This document shows positions 30,202 to 39,329 of a DNA stretch of 64,000 bases, piece after piece. The translations under genes were made by a program, and so were the position numbers. Source of the stretch: an uncultured delta proteobacterium (GTDB lineage Bacteria > Desulfobacterota > Binatia > UBA9968); NCBI GenBank assembly GCA_963816145.1, contig CAWFJP010000010.1, forward strand, positions 35,531-99,530, in the 5' to 3' direction. Every line of letters begins with the position of its first letter. Positions within the stretch are counted from its first letter, which is position 1. A model generated the notes under the pieces. That model saw nothing but the letters and a program-made list of their open reading frames with translations. It did not search any database and was not told the DNA's origin.

Positions 30202-30242
30202 GTGTTCGGATCAAGAAATTCCTTTACTTAGCTGTTCGGAAC

Positions 30243-30329
30243 ATCCCCCTTTGAAAAAGGGGGGACCGAGGGGGATTTGAAGTCCGCGCAGACAAGAAAA
30301 TTCTCTTTATCCCCTTTTCAAAAGGCGGA
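30243..30329. repeat. REP-like palindrome (CCCC-TTT-AAA-GGGG family)
   Basis: ATCCCCCTTTGAAAAAGGGGGGACCGAGGGGGATTT plus a decayed partner; relatives at 37904, 56290 and 56381. Confidence 0.7.
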
Positions 30330-30394
30330 TATTCGGAATCAAGACTGCATCTGTTAAACCAAGTTCTGAGTCATGACAATAAGGGGAAGCACAT

Positions 30395-30810
30395 TTGTGG
30401 TTCGTGACTTTGTCGAGCATTGAGAGGTATCCGCTTATCAAAGCGCTTCCGGTGCTTGGTCTCTTGTTATTTTTCGCTTTGATTCACATACCGGCAAGCG
30501 CCGCTCGTCTGCGCGCCGGTTTCGCCTTGCCGTCGCTCAATGTCACGATGCTGTGGATCACCCAGGAGGGCAAGCTCTGCGAGAAAAATGGCGTCAACGT
30601 CGAAGCGCTTTACCTGGAAAGCACGCTGGCGTAGAAGGCGCTCATCGCCGGCAACATCGACTTCTCGATGATGACGGCGATCAATATGGCCGCGCCCAAG
30701 CTCGCTGGCGCCGATCTTATCATGCTCGCCGGCTTCGTCATCCGCTTCACCTTTAGGCTGGTGCTCCGTCCGGAGATCAATGCGACCAGCGATCTCAAGG
30801 GCAAGCGCAG
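30395..30810 (+). pseudogene. Truncated SsuA/NMT1-type SBP pseudogene
   Basis: Signal peptide; KNGVNVEALYL; in-frame TAG at 30632-30634 (ESTLA*KALIAGNIDF); homology ends after DLKGKR. Confidence 0.75.
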
Positions 30811-30973
30811 AGGTCCAATCAAAGCAAACCATAGAGGCGACAACCGCGGCCAGCAACCATCCCCGGAGAATAAATTCTCAAGACATTCTTTTTCGTCCAT
30901 GGTACTTCTTGTGGACTGAATTGCGGCAATCTCAGTAGGATTACAGCGTGTCCGTCTGGAGGGGGAGCGGCCG

Positions 30974-31882
30974 ATGATGAGGTTCTGGAGTTTCGGTAAC
31001 CGGGGGTTGATCGCCGGGGTGTTGCTGCTGGTGCCCCAGCTGGTCTGTGGCGAAACTTTCAAGATCGGTTCAATCAGCGATTCCCCGGTGGCGGAGACGA
31101 GAAAGTTCTGGCCCTTTGCAGCTTATCTTGCGCGGCAATTGCAGTCCGAGGGAATCAATCAGGGGAAAGTGGTCGTGGCGGACAGTTTGTCAGGAATGTC
31201 CACGTTGTTGCAAACGCGGCAAGCGGATCTTTACATCGACAGTTTTTTCCCGTCGTTGGCGGTGAGCCGTTTATGCGGCAGCAAGTTGCTGCTGCGCCGT
31301 TGGAAGACCAGAAAAGGGGTACACCGGTCGGTAATATTCACGAATAAAGATAGCAACATCGGGCGATTGGAGGATCTCAGGGGCAAGGTCATCGCTTTTG
31401 AGAGCCCCTTCAGTTCATCCGGTTATTTTTTTCCAAAAATTGTCCTGCTGGAACGCGGGTTACGTTTGGTATTCAAGCGACTGGAAACCGACTCGGTGAA
31501 ACCCGACGAAGTGGGATATGTTTTCACTCACACCGACTCCAAAACGATCTTACTGGTGTTGAATAGAGTCGTGGCCGCCGGCGCGACCGAGGAGGAGAAG
31601 TATTTTACTACCGCGAGAAACCTCGACAGTTTCAAACTCCTTCACGAGACCAATCCGTTCCCGCGCCATTTGGTCAGCCATCGAGCGGATCTTCCCGCCA
31701 AGATGGTGGCGAAAGTTAAGGACATCCTGCTCAACATGCATCACACCGACGAGGGGAACCAAGTGCTGCAAGCCTTCGAGAGCACTACTCGGTTTGAAGA
31801 GATACCCACAAGAGACATCGACCTTGCCGCGGGCGTAATGAAGCACATTGATGCTGAAATAAAGCACCAACTGCAGCGGTAG
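30974..31882 (+). CDS. Phosphate/phosphonate-type (PhnD-like) substrate-binding protein
   Basis: Signal peptide; LEDLRGKVIAFESPFSSSGYFFP. Confidence 0.85.
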   Translation: MMRFWSFGNRGLIAGVLLLVPQLVCGETFKIGSISDSPVAETRKFWPFAAYLARQLQSEGINQGKVVVADSLSGMSTLLQTRQADLYIDSFFPSLAVSRLCGSKLLLRRWKTRKGVHRSVIFTNKDSNIGRLEDLRGKVIAFESPFSSSGYFFPKIVLLERGLRLVFKRLETDSVKPDEVGYVFTHTDSKTILLVLNRVVAAGATEEEKYFTTARNLDSFKLLHETNPFPRHLVSHRADLPAKMVAKVKDILLNMHHTDEGNQVLQAFESTTRFEEIPTRDIDLAAGVMKHIDAEIKHQLQR

Positions 31883-32125
31883 CTCGATCGTGGTGCAGAC
31901 GTAGATCCGCGGTAAAGATGCCACCGCAGCAACTCTTAGGACGCGACAAAGCTTGGATTACCTTTATCGCTCGGTGCCTTGTATAAGCTTTCGCGACTGA
32001 GCCCCGCTTCACGCGACACACTCGACATTTCTTGGGCACTAGGGTCCTCCTACAGATCGCGTGCTAGCGAAGGAATTTCGGCTTTAATATTACGGTTTCG
32101 ATCTGGCCGCAGTGCGGCAAGCGAA

Positions 32126-33148
32126 TTACCCTGTAGGGTTTTGTGTTTTCGCCAATCTGAACGCTTCCGCCAGGAGTTCGTAGGAGCGATGGCGCGGAGC
32201 GGGATCGTAGGTCCAGGTGACTACTACCAGTTCGTCGAGGTCGAGCGCGTTCGCGAGTTCTTGCAGTCGCGCGGCTACCTGTTCTGAAGATCCGACGATC
32301 GCTTTGCGGTGTAACTTTTCGGCCATTGCCAGTTCCGCAGACGAATAGGGACGATTGGCTTCCGCCGGCGGCAGCAGCGGCTGGCGGATGCCGAGTTTGC
32401 GATCGATCATGGCGCGTTCGCGCGACTTGAATTGGAACAACGCTTCTTCTTCGGTGTCGGCAGCCAGTGCCCAGACGCAGATCGTGCAAATCGGCTTGGG
32501 ATTGTTTTCGCTCGGGCGATAGTTCTTGCGGTAAAGATCCAGTGCTTGCTCGACACCAAAGCCGTCGCTAAAAAAGTACGCGAAGGCGTAAGGCAAGCCA
32601 AAGTAAGCGGCGAGTTGCGCGCCGTAGTCGGAGCTACCGAGTATCCACATCTCCGGAGTCGATGGTCCCGTCGGCTGGGCGGCGATTTTCTGAAAGGGGT
32701 GCCCCTCGGGTAGAGGTTTCCCGGACACCCAGTATTGTAGCTCCTGCACTTGCCGGGGGAATTGGTCGTGGACATTTTGCGGATTGGGATTAAGGGCGTA
32801 GGACGTCAATTGGTCCGAGCCGGGGGCGCGGCCGATGCCGAGATCGATACGGCCAGGGGCTATGGCTTCCAGGACGCGGAACTGCTCGGCGACTTTTAGC
32901 GCTGAATAGTGCGGCAGCATGACGCCGGCGCTGCCGATACGGATGCGCGGCGTGGTGGCGGCGATCGCTGCCATGAGTATCTCCGGCGCCGTGCCGACGA
33001 TGTTGCCCGAGTTGTGATGCTCCGAAACCCAGTAGCGATGATAACCCAGCGCGTCGCAATGGCGCGCGAGTTCGAGCGTTTCACGAATCGCCGTATCCTG
33101 GGTTTTGCCCTTTGACGCCGTAGATTGATCGAGTACCGAGAGTTTCAT
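32126..33148 (-). CDS. Luciferase-like (LLM) flavin-dependent oxidoreductase, YhbW type
   Basis: MKLSVLDQS, YWVSEHHN, IGSAGVMLPHYS..KVAEQF, GRIDLGIGRAPG. Confidence 0.92.
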   Translation of the reverse strand: MKLSVLDQSTASKGKTQDTAIRETLELARHCDALGYHRYWVSEHHNSGNIVGTAPEILMAAIAATTPRIRIGSAGVMLPHYSALKVAEQFRVLEAIAPGRIDLGIGRAPGSDQLTSYALNPNPQNVHDQFPRQVQELQYWVSGKPLPEGHPFQKIAAQPTGPSTPEMWILGSSDYGAQLAAYFGLPYAFAYFFSDGFGVEQALDLYRKNYRPSENNPKPICTICVWALAADTEEEALFQFKSRERAMIDRKLGIRQPLLPPAEANRPYSSAELAMAEKLHRKAIVGSSEQVAARLQELANALDLDELVVVTWTYDPAPRHRSYELLAEAFRLAKTQNPTG

Positions 33149-33248
33149 GGTGGCCAGTTTGTCGGGCACACTTTCTTCTAGGATTTTTGGAATTAGCGTT
33201 TACTACGAATGACACAGTGCGACAGGGCCGCATCCAAACCCCGGAAAA

Positions 33249-33348
33249 TTTCGCGCGAAGCTCGCAAAGTCCGGCCAAGTTAAGAGATCAAATCTCCTTG
33301 GGTGGGGTTGGGAGTCCATTGCGTGCTTGGCGCACTTTGTGCGCGAAA
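33249..33348. repeat. Inverted-repeat element with 9-bp periodic arms
   Basis: TTTCGCGCGAAGCTCGCAAAGTCCGGCCAAG ... TTGCGTGCTTGGCGCACTTTGTGCGCGAAA. Confidence 0.65.
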
Positions 33349-33356
33349 CCCCTCTG

Positions 33357-34271
33357 TTAGCCAAGTCGATCGCCAACGTTTAACCCCGCCTGCTTCGCGA
33401 ACTCCGCGCCGCTGACTTTGGCGCCATCGCCGCGAGCTTTTTTTACGCTCAGCGCGCCGCCGTTCAACGCGACGGTGATTGCTTCGGCACCGATTCCCGT
33501 CACTTGTCCTGCCGGCGCTGAGTTGGTTCCCGTCTGCAACCGAGCGTCGAAGATCCGCACAACCTTGCCGTTGTACGTCGTGTGCGCTCCCGGTTGGGGG
33601 TCGCAGCCGCGGATCAGGTTGTAAACTTCCTGCGCCGGGTTGGACCAGTCGATCTTGGCGTGCTCGTCTTTGCAGATGGGGTCGTAATTCGCCTTCGATT
33701 CATCTTGGATGATGCGCGGCGGATTGCCGGCTTGGATCAACTCGACGGCTTCACCGATGGCCTCGACGCCGATTGGGAAAATTTTATTGAAGTAGAGCGA
33801 GCCGGTGGTGTCATCGGGTTCGACAGTGACGGTTTTTTGCAACAGGATCGGTCCGGTGTCGATGCCTTGGTCGACCCAGAAGATCGTCAGGCCGGTGATG
33901 CTTTCGCCTTTGATCAGCGCCCAGTTGATGGCACTGGCGCCGCGGTACTTTGGCAAGATGGAAGGGTGAAAACAGATGCTGCCGAGCTTCGGCACGCTGA
34001 AGACTTGCGGCGGAACGATCTGGGTGACAAACGCCAATACGGCGAGATCGGCATTCAAAGCGATAAATTCCTCACGCACTTCCGGCGCTTTCAAAGTCTT
34101 ATGCTGGCGCACCGCAATGCCAAGGGCGAGGGCTTTGGTTTTCACCGGATCGAACTTGCCGCCGGGTGGATCGACGGGACAGTAGACCGCGGCGATGTCA
34201 TGGCCGTTGCTTACGAGCTTTTCTAAACTCTCCTCAGCAAACGCCGCTTGGCCGAGCAAAATAATTCGCAT
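33357..34271 (-). CDS. Formyltransferase-family protein resembling the 10-formyl-THF hydrolase domain of ALDH1L/FDH
   Basis: CFHPSILPKYRGASAINW, IFWVDQGIDTG, PDDTTGSLYFNKIFP, IRGCDPQPGA. Confidence 0.8.
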   Translation of the reverse strand: MRIILLGQAAFAEESLEKLVSNGHDIAAVYCPVDPPGGKFDPVKTKALALGIAVRQHKTLKAPEVREEFIALNADLAVLAFVTQIVPPQVFSVPKLGSICFHPSILPKYRGASAINWALIKGESITGLTIFWVDQGIDTGPILLQKTVTVEPDDTTGSLYFNKIFPIGVEAIGEAVELIQAGNPPRIIQDESKANYDPICKDEHAKIDWSNPAQEVYNLIRGCDPQPGAHTTYNGKVVRIFDARLQTGTNSAPAGQVTGIGAEAITVALNGGALSVKKARGDGAKVSGAEFAKQAGLNVGDRLG

Positions 34272-34345
34272 GTGGTTAACTCCCAATTTCAGCGATTCTG
34301 CCCGTCGGCATTTCTAACACGAGCCACGAACATGGCTTGACGATT

Positions 34346-34873
34346 TCAGTCGATAATCTTGTAATCGCCGCCCATGTAGCTCTTAGACAGGTTCACGTAT
34401 GTGGATGAACCCATCTTGATCCAATGAAGCGCTTCGCCGGTAATTTCCTTCTTGACCTTCGCGGGCGCGCCCGCTGCGAGCACCCGAGGCGGGATGACGG
34501 TGTGGGGCGTGACGACGCTGCCGGCGCCGATCAACGCTTCTTCGCCGATCTCGACGTTTTCCAAAAGAACAACGTTCATGCCGATGATGGCGCCGCGCTT
34601 GATCAGGGGGCCTTCCATAATGGCGCCGTGACCGATGGTGCAGTCTTCTTCGATAATCGTCGGTGCTTCGCCGGAGTGGATCACACAATTGTCTTGCACG
34701 CTGGTGCGCGCGCCGATAACGATGGGGTTGCCGTTCTGATCCGATCGGAGCACCGCACCCCACCAGATGCTCGCCTCGTCGCCGATGGTAACGTCGCCGA
34801 TAATCACGGCCGTGGGGGCGATGAAGGCGGTCGGTGATATGTTCGGTTTTTTGCCTTTGTATTCAATGATCAT
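34346..34873 (-). CDS. Gamma carbonic anhydrase family (YrdA/PaaY-like) hexapeptide protein
   Basis: GGAGG SD; IGDVTIG..SIWWGAVLRSD, VQDNCVIH, TIGHGA; start at MIIEYKG. Confidence 0.9.
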   Translation of the reverse strand: MIIEYKGKKPNISPTAFIAPTAVIIGDVTIGDEASIWWGAVLRSDQNGNPIVIGARTSVQDNCVIHSGEAPTIIEEDCTIGHGAIMEGPLIKRGAIIGMNVVLLENVEIGEEALIGAGSVVTPHTVIPPRVLAAGAPAKVKKEITGEALHWIKMGSSTYVNLSKSYMGGDYKIID

Positions 34874-35007
34874 TGAGAACTGACCTCCGAGATATGCCCG
34901 GCCACGATATTGGACGGACGGGGAGAAATCAAGATTGTTGTTTGTAACATCGACAGATCGGATTGACTCGATCGTTAAATTTGTTAAAGCTTTGCCAACT
35001 TTGAAGA

Positions 35008-35040
35008 CCCTCGCGCTCTCCCGCACGCGCGGGCGAGGGG
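35008..35040. repeat. REP-like hairpin
   Basis: CCCTCGCGCTCTCCCGCACGCGCGGGCGAGGGG. Confidence 0.5.
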
Positions 35041-35081
35041 ACATGAATGTACGGTGTTCGATATTCCATGGAGGTTGGACT

Positions 35082-36146
35082 GTGAAATTTCTGGTGGTAT
35101 TTTTTCTCTCGCTTTGGTCCCTGGTTGGCGCTGCGGATGTGTCGCTCGCGCAGAATCGCGAATCGACGCTGGCGGCGCTCGGGAAACTTCCGGCCGCTGA
35201 GCGCCAGGCGCGTTTGGTCGAGGGGGTGAAGAAGGAGAACGGGCTGGTTTGGTACTCGAGCACGACGGCCGAAGATGCGCTGGCGCTGAGCAAGAAATTT
35301 AATGAACAGCATCCGGCGATCAAGATCAACCACTTTCGCTCGTCGAGCGAGAAGTTGCTGGAGCGGATTCTCGCCGAGTCCCGCGCCAATGCCTTCAAGG
35401 CCGACATCGTCACCTTGCCGGAGTTGGAGTTGTCGCTGATGATCAAGCGCAAACTGCTGCTGCGCTACGAAGCGGTGGAGAATGCCGTCTACCCAGCCGA
35501 GACCAAAGATCCACGCGGCTTTTGGACCGGACTTTACACGTCGGCGTGGGTGCCCGGTTACAACTCCAAGCAAGTGACGAAAGATCAGGCGCCGCGGAGC
35601 TACAAAGATTTGCTCAATCCCAAGTGGAAGGGCAACATCGCGATGGATAACGAGCCCTACAACTGGTACGTGATCTCCTTGAATTACTTGGAAAAGCGCG
35701 ACGGCAAAGAAGCCGCAGCCAACTACATGAAGCAGCTGGCGGCGCAGCAAATGCAGTGGCGCAAGGGCCATTCGCTGATCGGCCAGCTGATGGCGGCGGG
35801 CGAGTTTCCCATCGCCGCTGAGCTGCAAGTGCACACCGTCGAGCGTGCCAAAGCGACCGGTGCACCGGTGGAGTGGTCGGTGTTGGACGGTGTGATTCCA
35901 ATTTCCAAAGTCGGCGCGGCGATCACCAGCACGGGCAATAACGTATATACGTCGGCGCTATTTTTCGACTTTCTCTTGTCGCGTGGCGGCATGGAGACGA
36001 TCCGCGCCAGCCGGCGCATACCGACAAGGCCGGATGTCACGGCGCCCTATCTGAAGCCGTATAAGTTGCTGCCGTTCGAACCGCATGCCATCGACGACTT
36101 CGACAAGTACGTGACGCTGTTCCGCGACACGTTCAAGCCGCAATGA
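35082..36146 (+). CDS. ABC transporter substrate-binding protein (FbpA/AfuA-like)
   Basis: GGAGG then GTG 35082; signal peptide; KKENGLVWYSS, GYNSK..PRSYKDLLNPKWKG. Confidence 0.87.
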   Translation: MKFLVVFFLSLWSLVGAADVSLAQNRESTLAALGKLPAAERQARLVEGVKKENGLVWYSSTTAEDALALSKKFNEQHPAIKINHFRSSSEKLLERILAESRANAFKADIVTLPELELSLMIKRKLLLRYEAVENAVYPAETKDPRGFWTGLYTSAWVPGYNSKQVTKDQAPRSYKDLLNPKWKGNIAMDNEPYNWYVISLNYLEKRDGKEAAANYMKQLAAQQMQWRKGHSLIGQLMAAGEFPIAAELQVHTVERAKATGAPVEWSVLDGVIPISKVGAAITSTGNNVYTSALFFDFLLSRGGMETIRASRRIPTRPDVTAPYLKPYKLLPFEPHAIDDFDKYVTLFRDTFKPQ

Positions 36147-36150
36147 CAAT

Positions 36151-36180
36151 AATTGAGAATGGATAATGGAGAATTGATAA
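36151..36180. repeat. Heptamer tandem repeat AATKGAK
   Basis: AATTGAG-AATGGAT-AATGGAG-AATTGAT, starting 4 nt after a stop codon. Confidence 0.75.
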
Positions 36181-36278
36181 CGTTGCTCACGCCGGTCTCT
36201 TCCGCTGTATGGGTTCGTTCTAATTCTTTCATGCTGTAATCGCCGGGTAGCAAACCCTGCGGCGGTGTGGTTTAACCG

Positions 36279-37745
36279 TTGGGTAAACCCGCACCGCTTG
36301 TGCACATCCGACCCGTGACATCACCGTTATCGACGCAAGATCGCGACGCCGTTCGTCGCCTGGTACTTATCAATTCCGTCTTGGGTGTGATCATCGCCGG
36401 GATTTCCACCCGAGTGTTCGTCATCTCGGTGCCAACGTTGGCGGCGGCGCTCCACACCGACATGTTGGGGATCTCCTGGGCGCTGATCGTCTATCAGATG
36501 GCCGGCATCGGCTTGGGCGTGATTTGCGGCCGGTTGGGCGATATTCACGGCCATCACCGGACCTACGGCATCGGCATGGCGATGATGGCGCTGGGCTCGC
36601 TGCTCTGCGGTTTCTCGCAAAATGTCGTGCAGCTCATCTTGTTTCGCTTCGTGCAGGGCGTCGGCGGCGCGATGATCCAATCTTCCGGCCGCACGCTGGC
36701 TTTCAAAGCGATGCCGACGGGGTCCGAGGGCAAAGCTCAAGGACTTATGGCCATGTCGCATCAGTTGGGATTTTTCCTCGGTCCGCCCATCGGCGGGCTG
36801 ATCATCGATTGGATGCATTGGCGCGGAATATTTTTTCTGCTCTTCGTTCCGGGGCTGGTCGGCCTGGGATTATGTTTCATCAATGGCCGCGGCGCGCCGG
36901 CGCCGCTAACCGGTTCTCGTGAGATCGACTATCGCGGCGCGGTTTTGTTCATTGTCCTCACGGTGATCGCCACTCTGCTGTTCGATCAGAAAGTCGCCCG
37001 GGCGGTGGGGACGGGTCAGGAGATCCTGCTTGGCGCAGTCTTTGTTGCCGTGTTTTGGATTTTTCTTACGCATGAGAAACGCGTGGCCAGTCCGATGATC
37101 AACATCGGAATCTTCTCCATGCCGATCTTCGCCTACGGCTCCGTGGGACTGCTCCTCAGCAACATCAATCAAAGTCTGACGACCTTCATCACGCCCTTCT
37201 ATTTGCAAGACGTGCTCAGGCTGTCGCCGAGCTTCATCGGCGTGCTGTTCCTGGTTCCGTCGGTGTTCAGCATGGTGCTCTCGCCGGTGAGCGGCGCGCT
37301 GACCGATCGCATCGGCTCGCGCGTGCTGCTCATCCTCGGCGTGCTTGTCCTGATGACGAGCTTCGTCGTCGGCGCGATGCTGCGCACCGATTCACACTGG
37401 GTTTTGTCGGCTATCTTGCTCGGCCTTGCGGGCATTGGATCGGCTTTTTTCAACACGGCATCGCAGGCGGCGATGATCCGCGCGCTGCCCAAGGAGCAGT
37501 GGGGCACCGCCATCGGCATTATCAACGGCATCTTCGGCTTGGGCCAGATGCTCGGCATCTCGCTCAGCGGCATTCTCCTGACCTGGGCGTTTCGTTACTA
37601 CTCGGGTGTGGCCGAGGCGACGCCGGACCCGGCAAATCGCGAAATATTCGTCGCGTCGATGAACTTGACCTATTGGATAGCGTTAGCCATCGCGTTTGTG
37701 CCACTCTTCACCTCGATGAAATTCAAGCGCAGCGAATATCGCTGA
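36279..37745 (+). CDS. MFS transporter, DHA2 (EmrB/QacA-like, 14 TM)
   Basis: GRLGDIHGHHR, FRFVQGVGGA, GPPIGG..HWRGIF, GALTDRIGSR. Confidence 0.9.
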   Translation: MGKPAPLVHIRPVTSPLSTQDRDAVRRLVLINSVLGVIIAGISTRVFVISVPTLAAALHTDMLGISWALIVYQMAGIGLGVICGRLGDIHGHHRTYGIGMAMMALGSLLCGFSQNVVQLILFRFVQGVGGAMIQSSGRTLAFKAMPTGSEGKAQGLMAMSHQLGFFLGPPIGGLIIDWMHWRGIFFLLFVPGLVGLGLCFINGRGAPAPLTGSREIDYRGAVLFIVLTVIATLLFDQKVARAVGTGQEILLGAVFVAVFWIFLTHEKRVASPMINIGIFSMPIFAYGSVGLLLSNINQSLTTFITPFYLQDVLRLSPSFIGVLFLVPSVFSMVLSPVSGALTDRIGSRVLLILGVLVLMTSFVVGAMLRTDSHWVLSAILLGLAGIGSAFFNTASQAAMIRALPKEQWGTAIGIINGIFGLGQMLGISLSGILLTWAFRYYSGVAEATPDPANREIFVASMNLTYWIALAIAFVPLFTSMKFKRSEYR

Positions 37746-37795
37746 CAGGCACCGATTCTCCATGTCTCCTTTAGCAAAGCCGACTGTGTCCTGTC

Positions 37796-37938
37796 TGTCA
37801 TTCCGAGGCAGAGCCGAGGAATCTCGATTTGTATGTGGCAGAGAAGACGAAATCTTTTGCTTCTGTCGAGATGACAGCAAGCTAGATCCTTGCATGCCTA
37901 AGAAAATCTCCCCTGGCCCGTCTTTTCCAAAGAGGGGG
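37796..37938. repeat. Cluster of REP-like elements between convergent genes (GTCAT pair plus CCCC/GGGG hairpin)
   Basis: TGTCATTCCGAGGCAGAGCCGAGGAATCT...TCGAGATGACA; AAATCTCCCC...CTTTTCCAAAGAGGGGG. Confidence 0.7.
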
Positions 37939-38038
37939 TAACGGAGGGTTCGCAATATACCGACTGTGACCGATATTTTGCTCTGGGTTCGCTACGATGA
38001 ACTCGTGTGTTACGATCTGGCGTTAGTAGCGCCGCCAG

Positions 38039-39268
38039 TTACTTCAAGCCAAAGTTCTTCTCAGCCATCGCGCATATACTCTGGCCGATGGCGAGGGACG
38101 CGGTGGCGCCGGGGGATGGGGCGTTCAAGACGTGAATTGCGTTGGGACTCTCTTTGATCACGAAGTCGTCGACCAGGGCGCCGCTGGCGGAGACCGCTTG
38201 GGCGCGCACGCCGGCGCCACCGGGTACAAGATCGTTTTCGCTGATCTCGGGCAAGAGTTTTTGCAGCGCGCGCACAAAAGCTTTCTTACTTAACGAGCGA
38301 TAAAGTTCACCGAAGCCGGTCTGCCAGTATTTCGCCGTGATCGCCCAGAAGCCTTTGAACGAAACCGTGCGCCATAAATCGCCAAGATTGATCTGGCTAT
38401 GGCTGTAGCCTTCGCGGGCGTAGGCGAAGACCGCGTTGGGGCCGGCTTCGACACCGCCGCGGGCCATGCGCGTGAAGTGGACGCCTAAAAAAGGAAAGGT
38501 CGGATCGGGCACTGGATAGATTAAATTTTTTACCAAGTATTCCTTTTCCGCTGCGAGCTTGTAGTACTCGCCGCGGAACGGGATGATGCGGTGCTCTTCG
38601 CCTTGACTGTCGCGGTTCTTGCCGCCCATCATTTGGGCGACGATGTCGGCTTGCAGGCCGCCGCAGTTGATCAAGTATTTGGTTCGGTAATCGCCGCCGG
38701 AGGTTTGCAGGATGATTTCTTCGCTGCGCTCGAGAATACCGACCACTCTTTGCGCCAGGCGAATATCGCCGTTGGCGTCGCGTACCTTGTCGGCGTAAGC
38801 CGCGGCGACTTTGCGGTAGTCAACGATGCCGGTCTCAGGCACGTGGAGCGCCTTGATGCCGCTGGCGTGGGGTTCGATCTCCTTCAATCTTTCCGGTCCG
38901 ATGATCTCCATGCCTTTGAGACTGTTGGCGACGCCGCGACGGTGCAGTTCTTCCAGACGCGCCAATTCGGCTTCGCTGGTGGCGACAACGACCTTGCCGC
39001 AGATTTCATAGGGGATGTCGTTTGCGTCGCAAAATGCCATCAGCTCGGTCCGGCCGCCGACGCAGCTCCGGGCTTTCAGCGATCCCGGCCGATAATATAG
39101 CCCGGAGTGAATGACGCCGCTGTTGTTACCGGTCTGGTGGCGCGCCAGCTGCGCTTCTTTCTCCAGGAGCAATAGCCGGATATTGGGATGGGCCGCGGTG
39201 ATCTTCAGCGCGGTGGCCAACCCGAGGATACCGCCGCCAATGATGGTGAGATCGTAATGCGAGGCCAT
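38039..39268 (-). CDS. lhgO: L-2-hydroxyglutarate oxidase
   Basis: IIGGGILG, HQTGNNSGVIHSGLYY, FRGEYY, PFLGVHFT, AGVRAQA, NAPSPGAT. Confidence 0.93.
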   Translation of the reverse strand: MASHYDLTIIGGGILGLATALKITAAHPNIRLLLLEKEAQLARHQTGNNSGVIHSGLYYRPGSLKARSCVGGRTELMAFCDANDIPYEICGKVVVATSEAELARLEELHRRGVANSLKGMEIIGPERLKEIEPHASGIKALHVPETGIVDYRKVAAAYADKVRDANGDIRLAQRVVGILERSEEIILQTSGGDYRTKYLINCGGLQADIVAQMMGGKNRDSQGEEHRIIPFRGEYYKLAAEKEYLVKNLIYPVPDPTFPFLGVHFTRMARGGVEAGPNAVFAYAREGYSHSQINLGDLWRTVSFKGFWAITAKYWQTGFGELYRSLSKKAFVRALQKLLPEISENDLVPGGAGVRAQAVSASGALVDDFVIKESPNAIHVLNAPSPGATASLAIGQSICAMAEKNFGLK

Positions 39269-39281
39269 AGTCCAATAAACT

Positions 39282-39319
39282 CGTTCAAGCCGTTCAATAC
39301 GTTCGAATCGTTCAAGCCG
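39282..39319. repeat. 9-mer tandem repeat CGTTCRA-
   Basis: CGTTCAAGC-CGTTCAATA-CGTTCGAAT-CGTTCAAGC. Confidence 0.7.
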
Positions 39320-39329
39320 AGGTTGAAAA

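Noticed and set aside
30632-30634. Amber read-through (pyrrolysine) in the SBP
   Set aside because: The gene is also truncated downstream and no pyl context is visible; a simple nonsense mutation is more likely
33357-34271. Calling this gene fmt
   Set aside because: Lacks the FMGTPxF and NxHxSLLP..RGAAP motifs and def context; closer to the FDH hydrolase type
34874-35452. 193-aa N-terminal extension of gamma-CA
   Set aside because: Overlaps the divergent SBP gene; the SD and family length support a start at 34873
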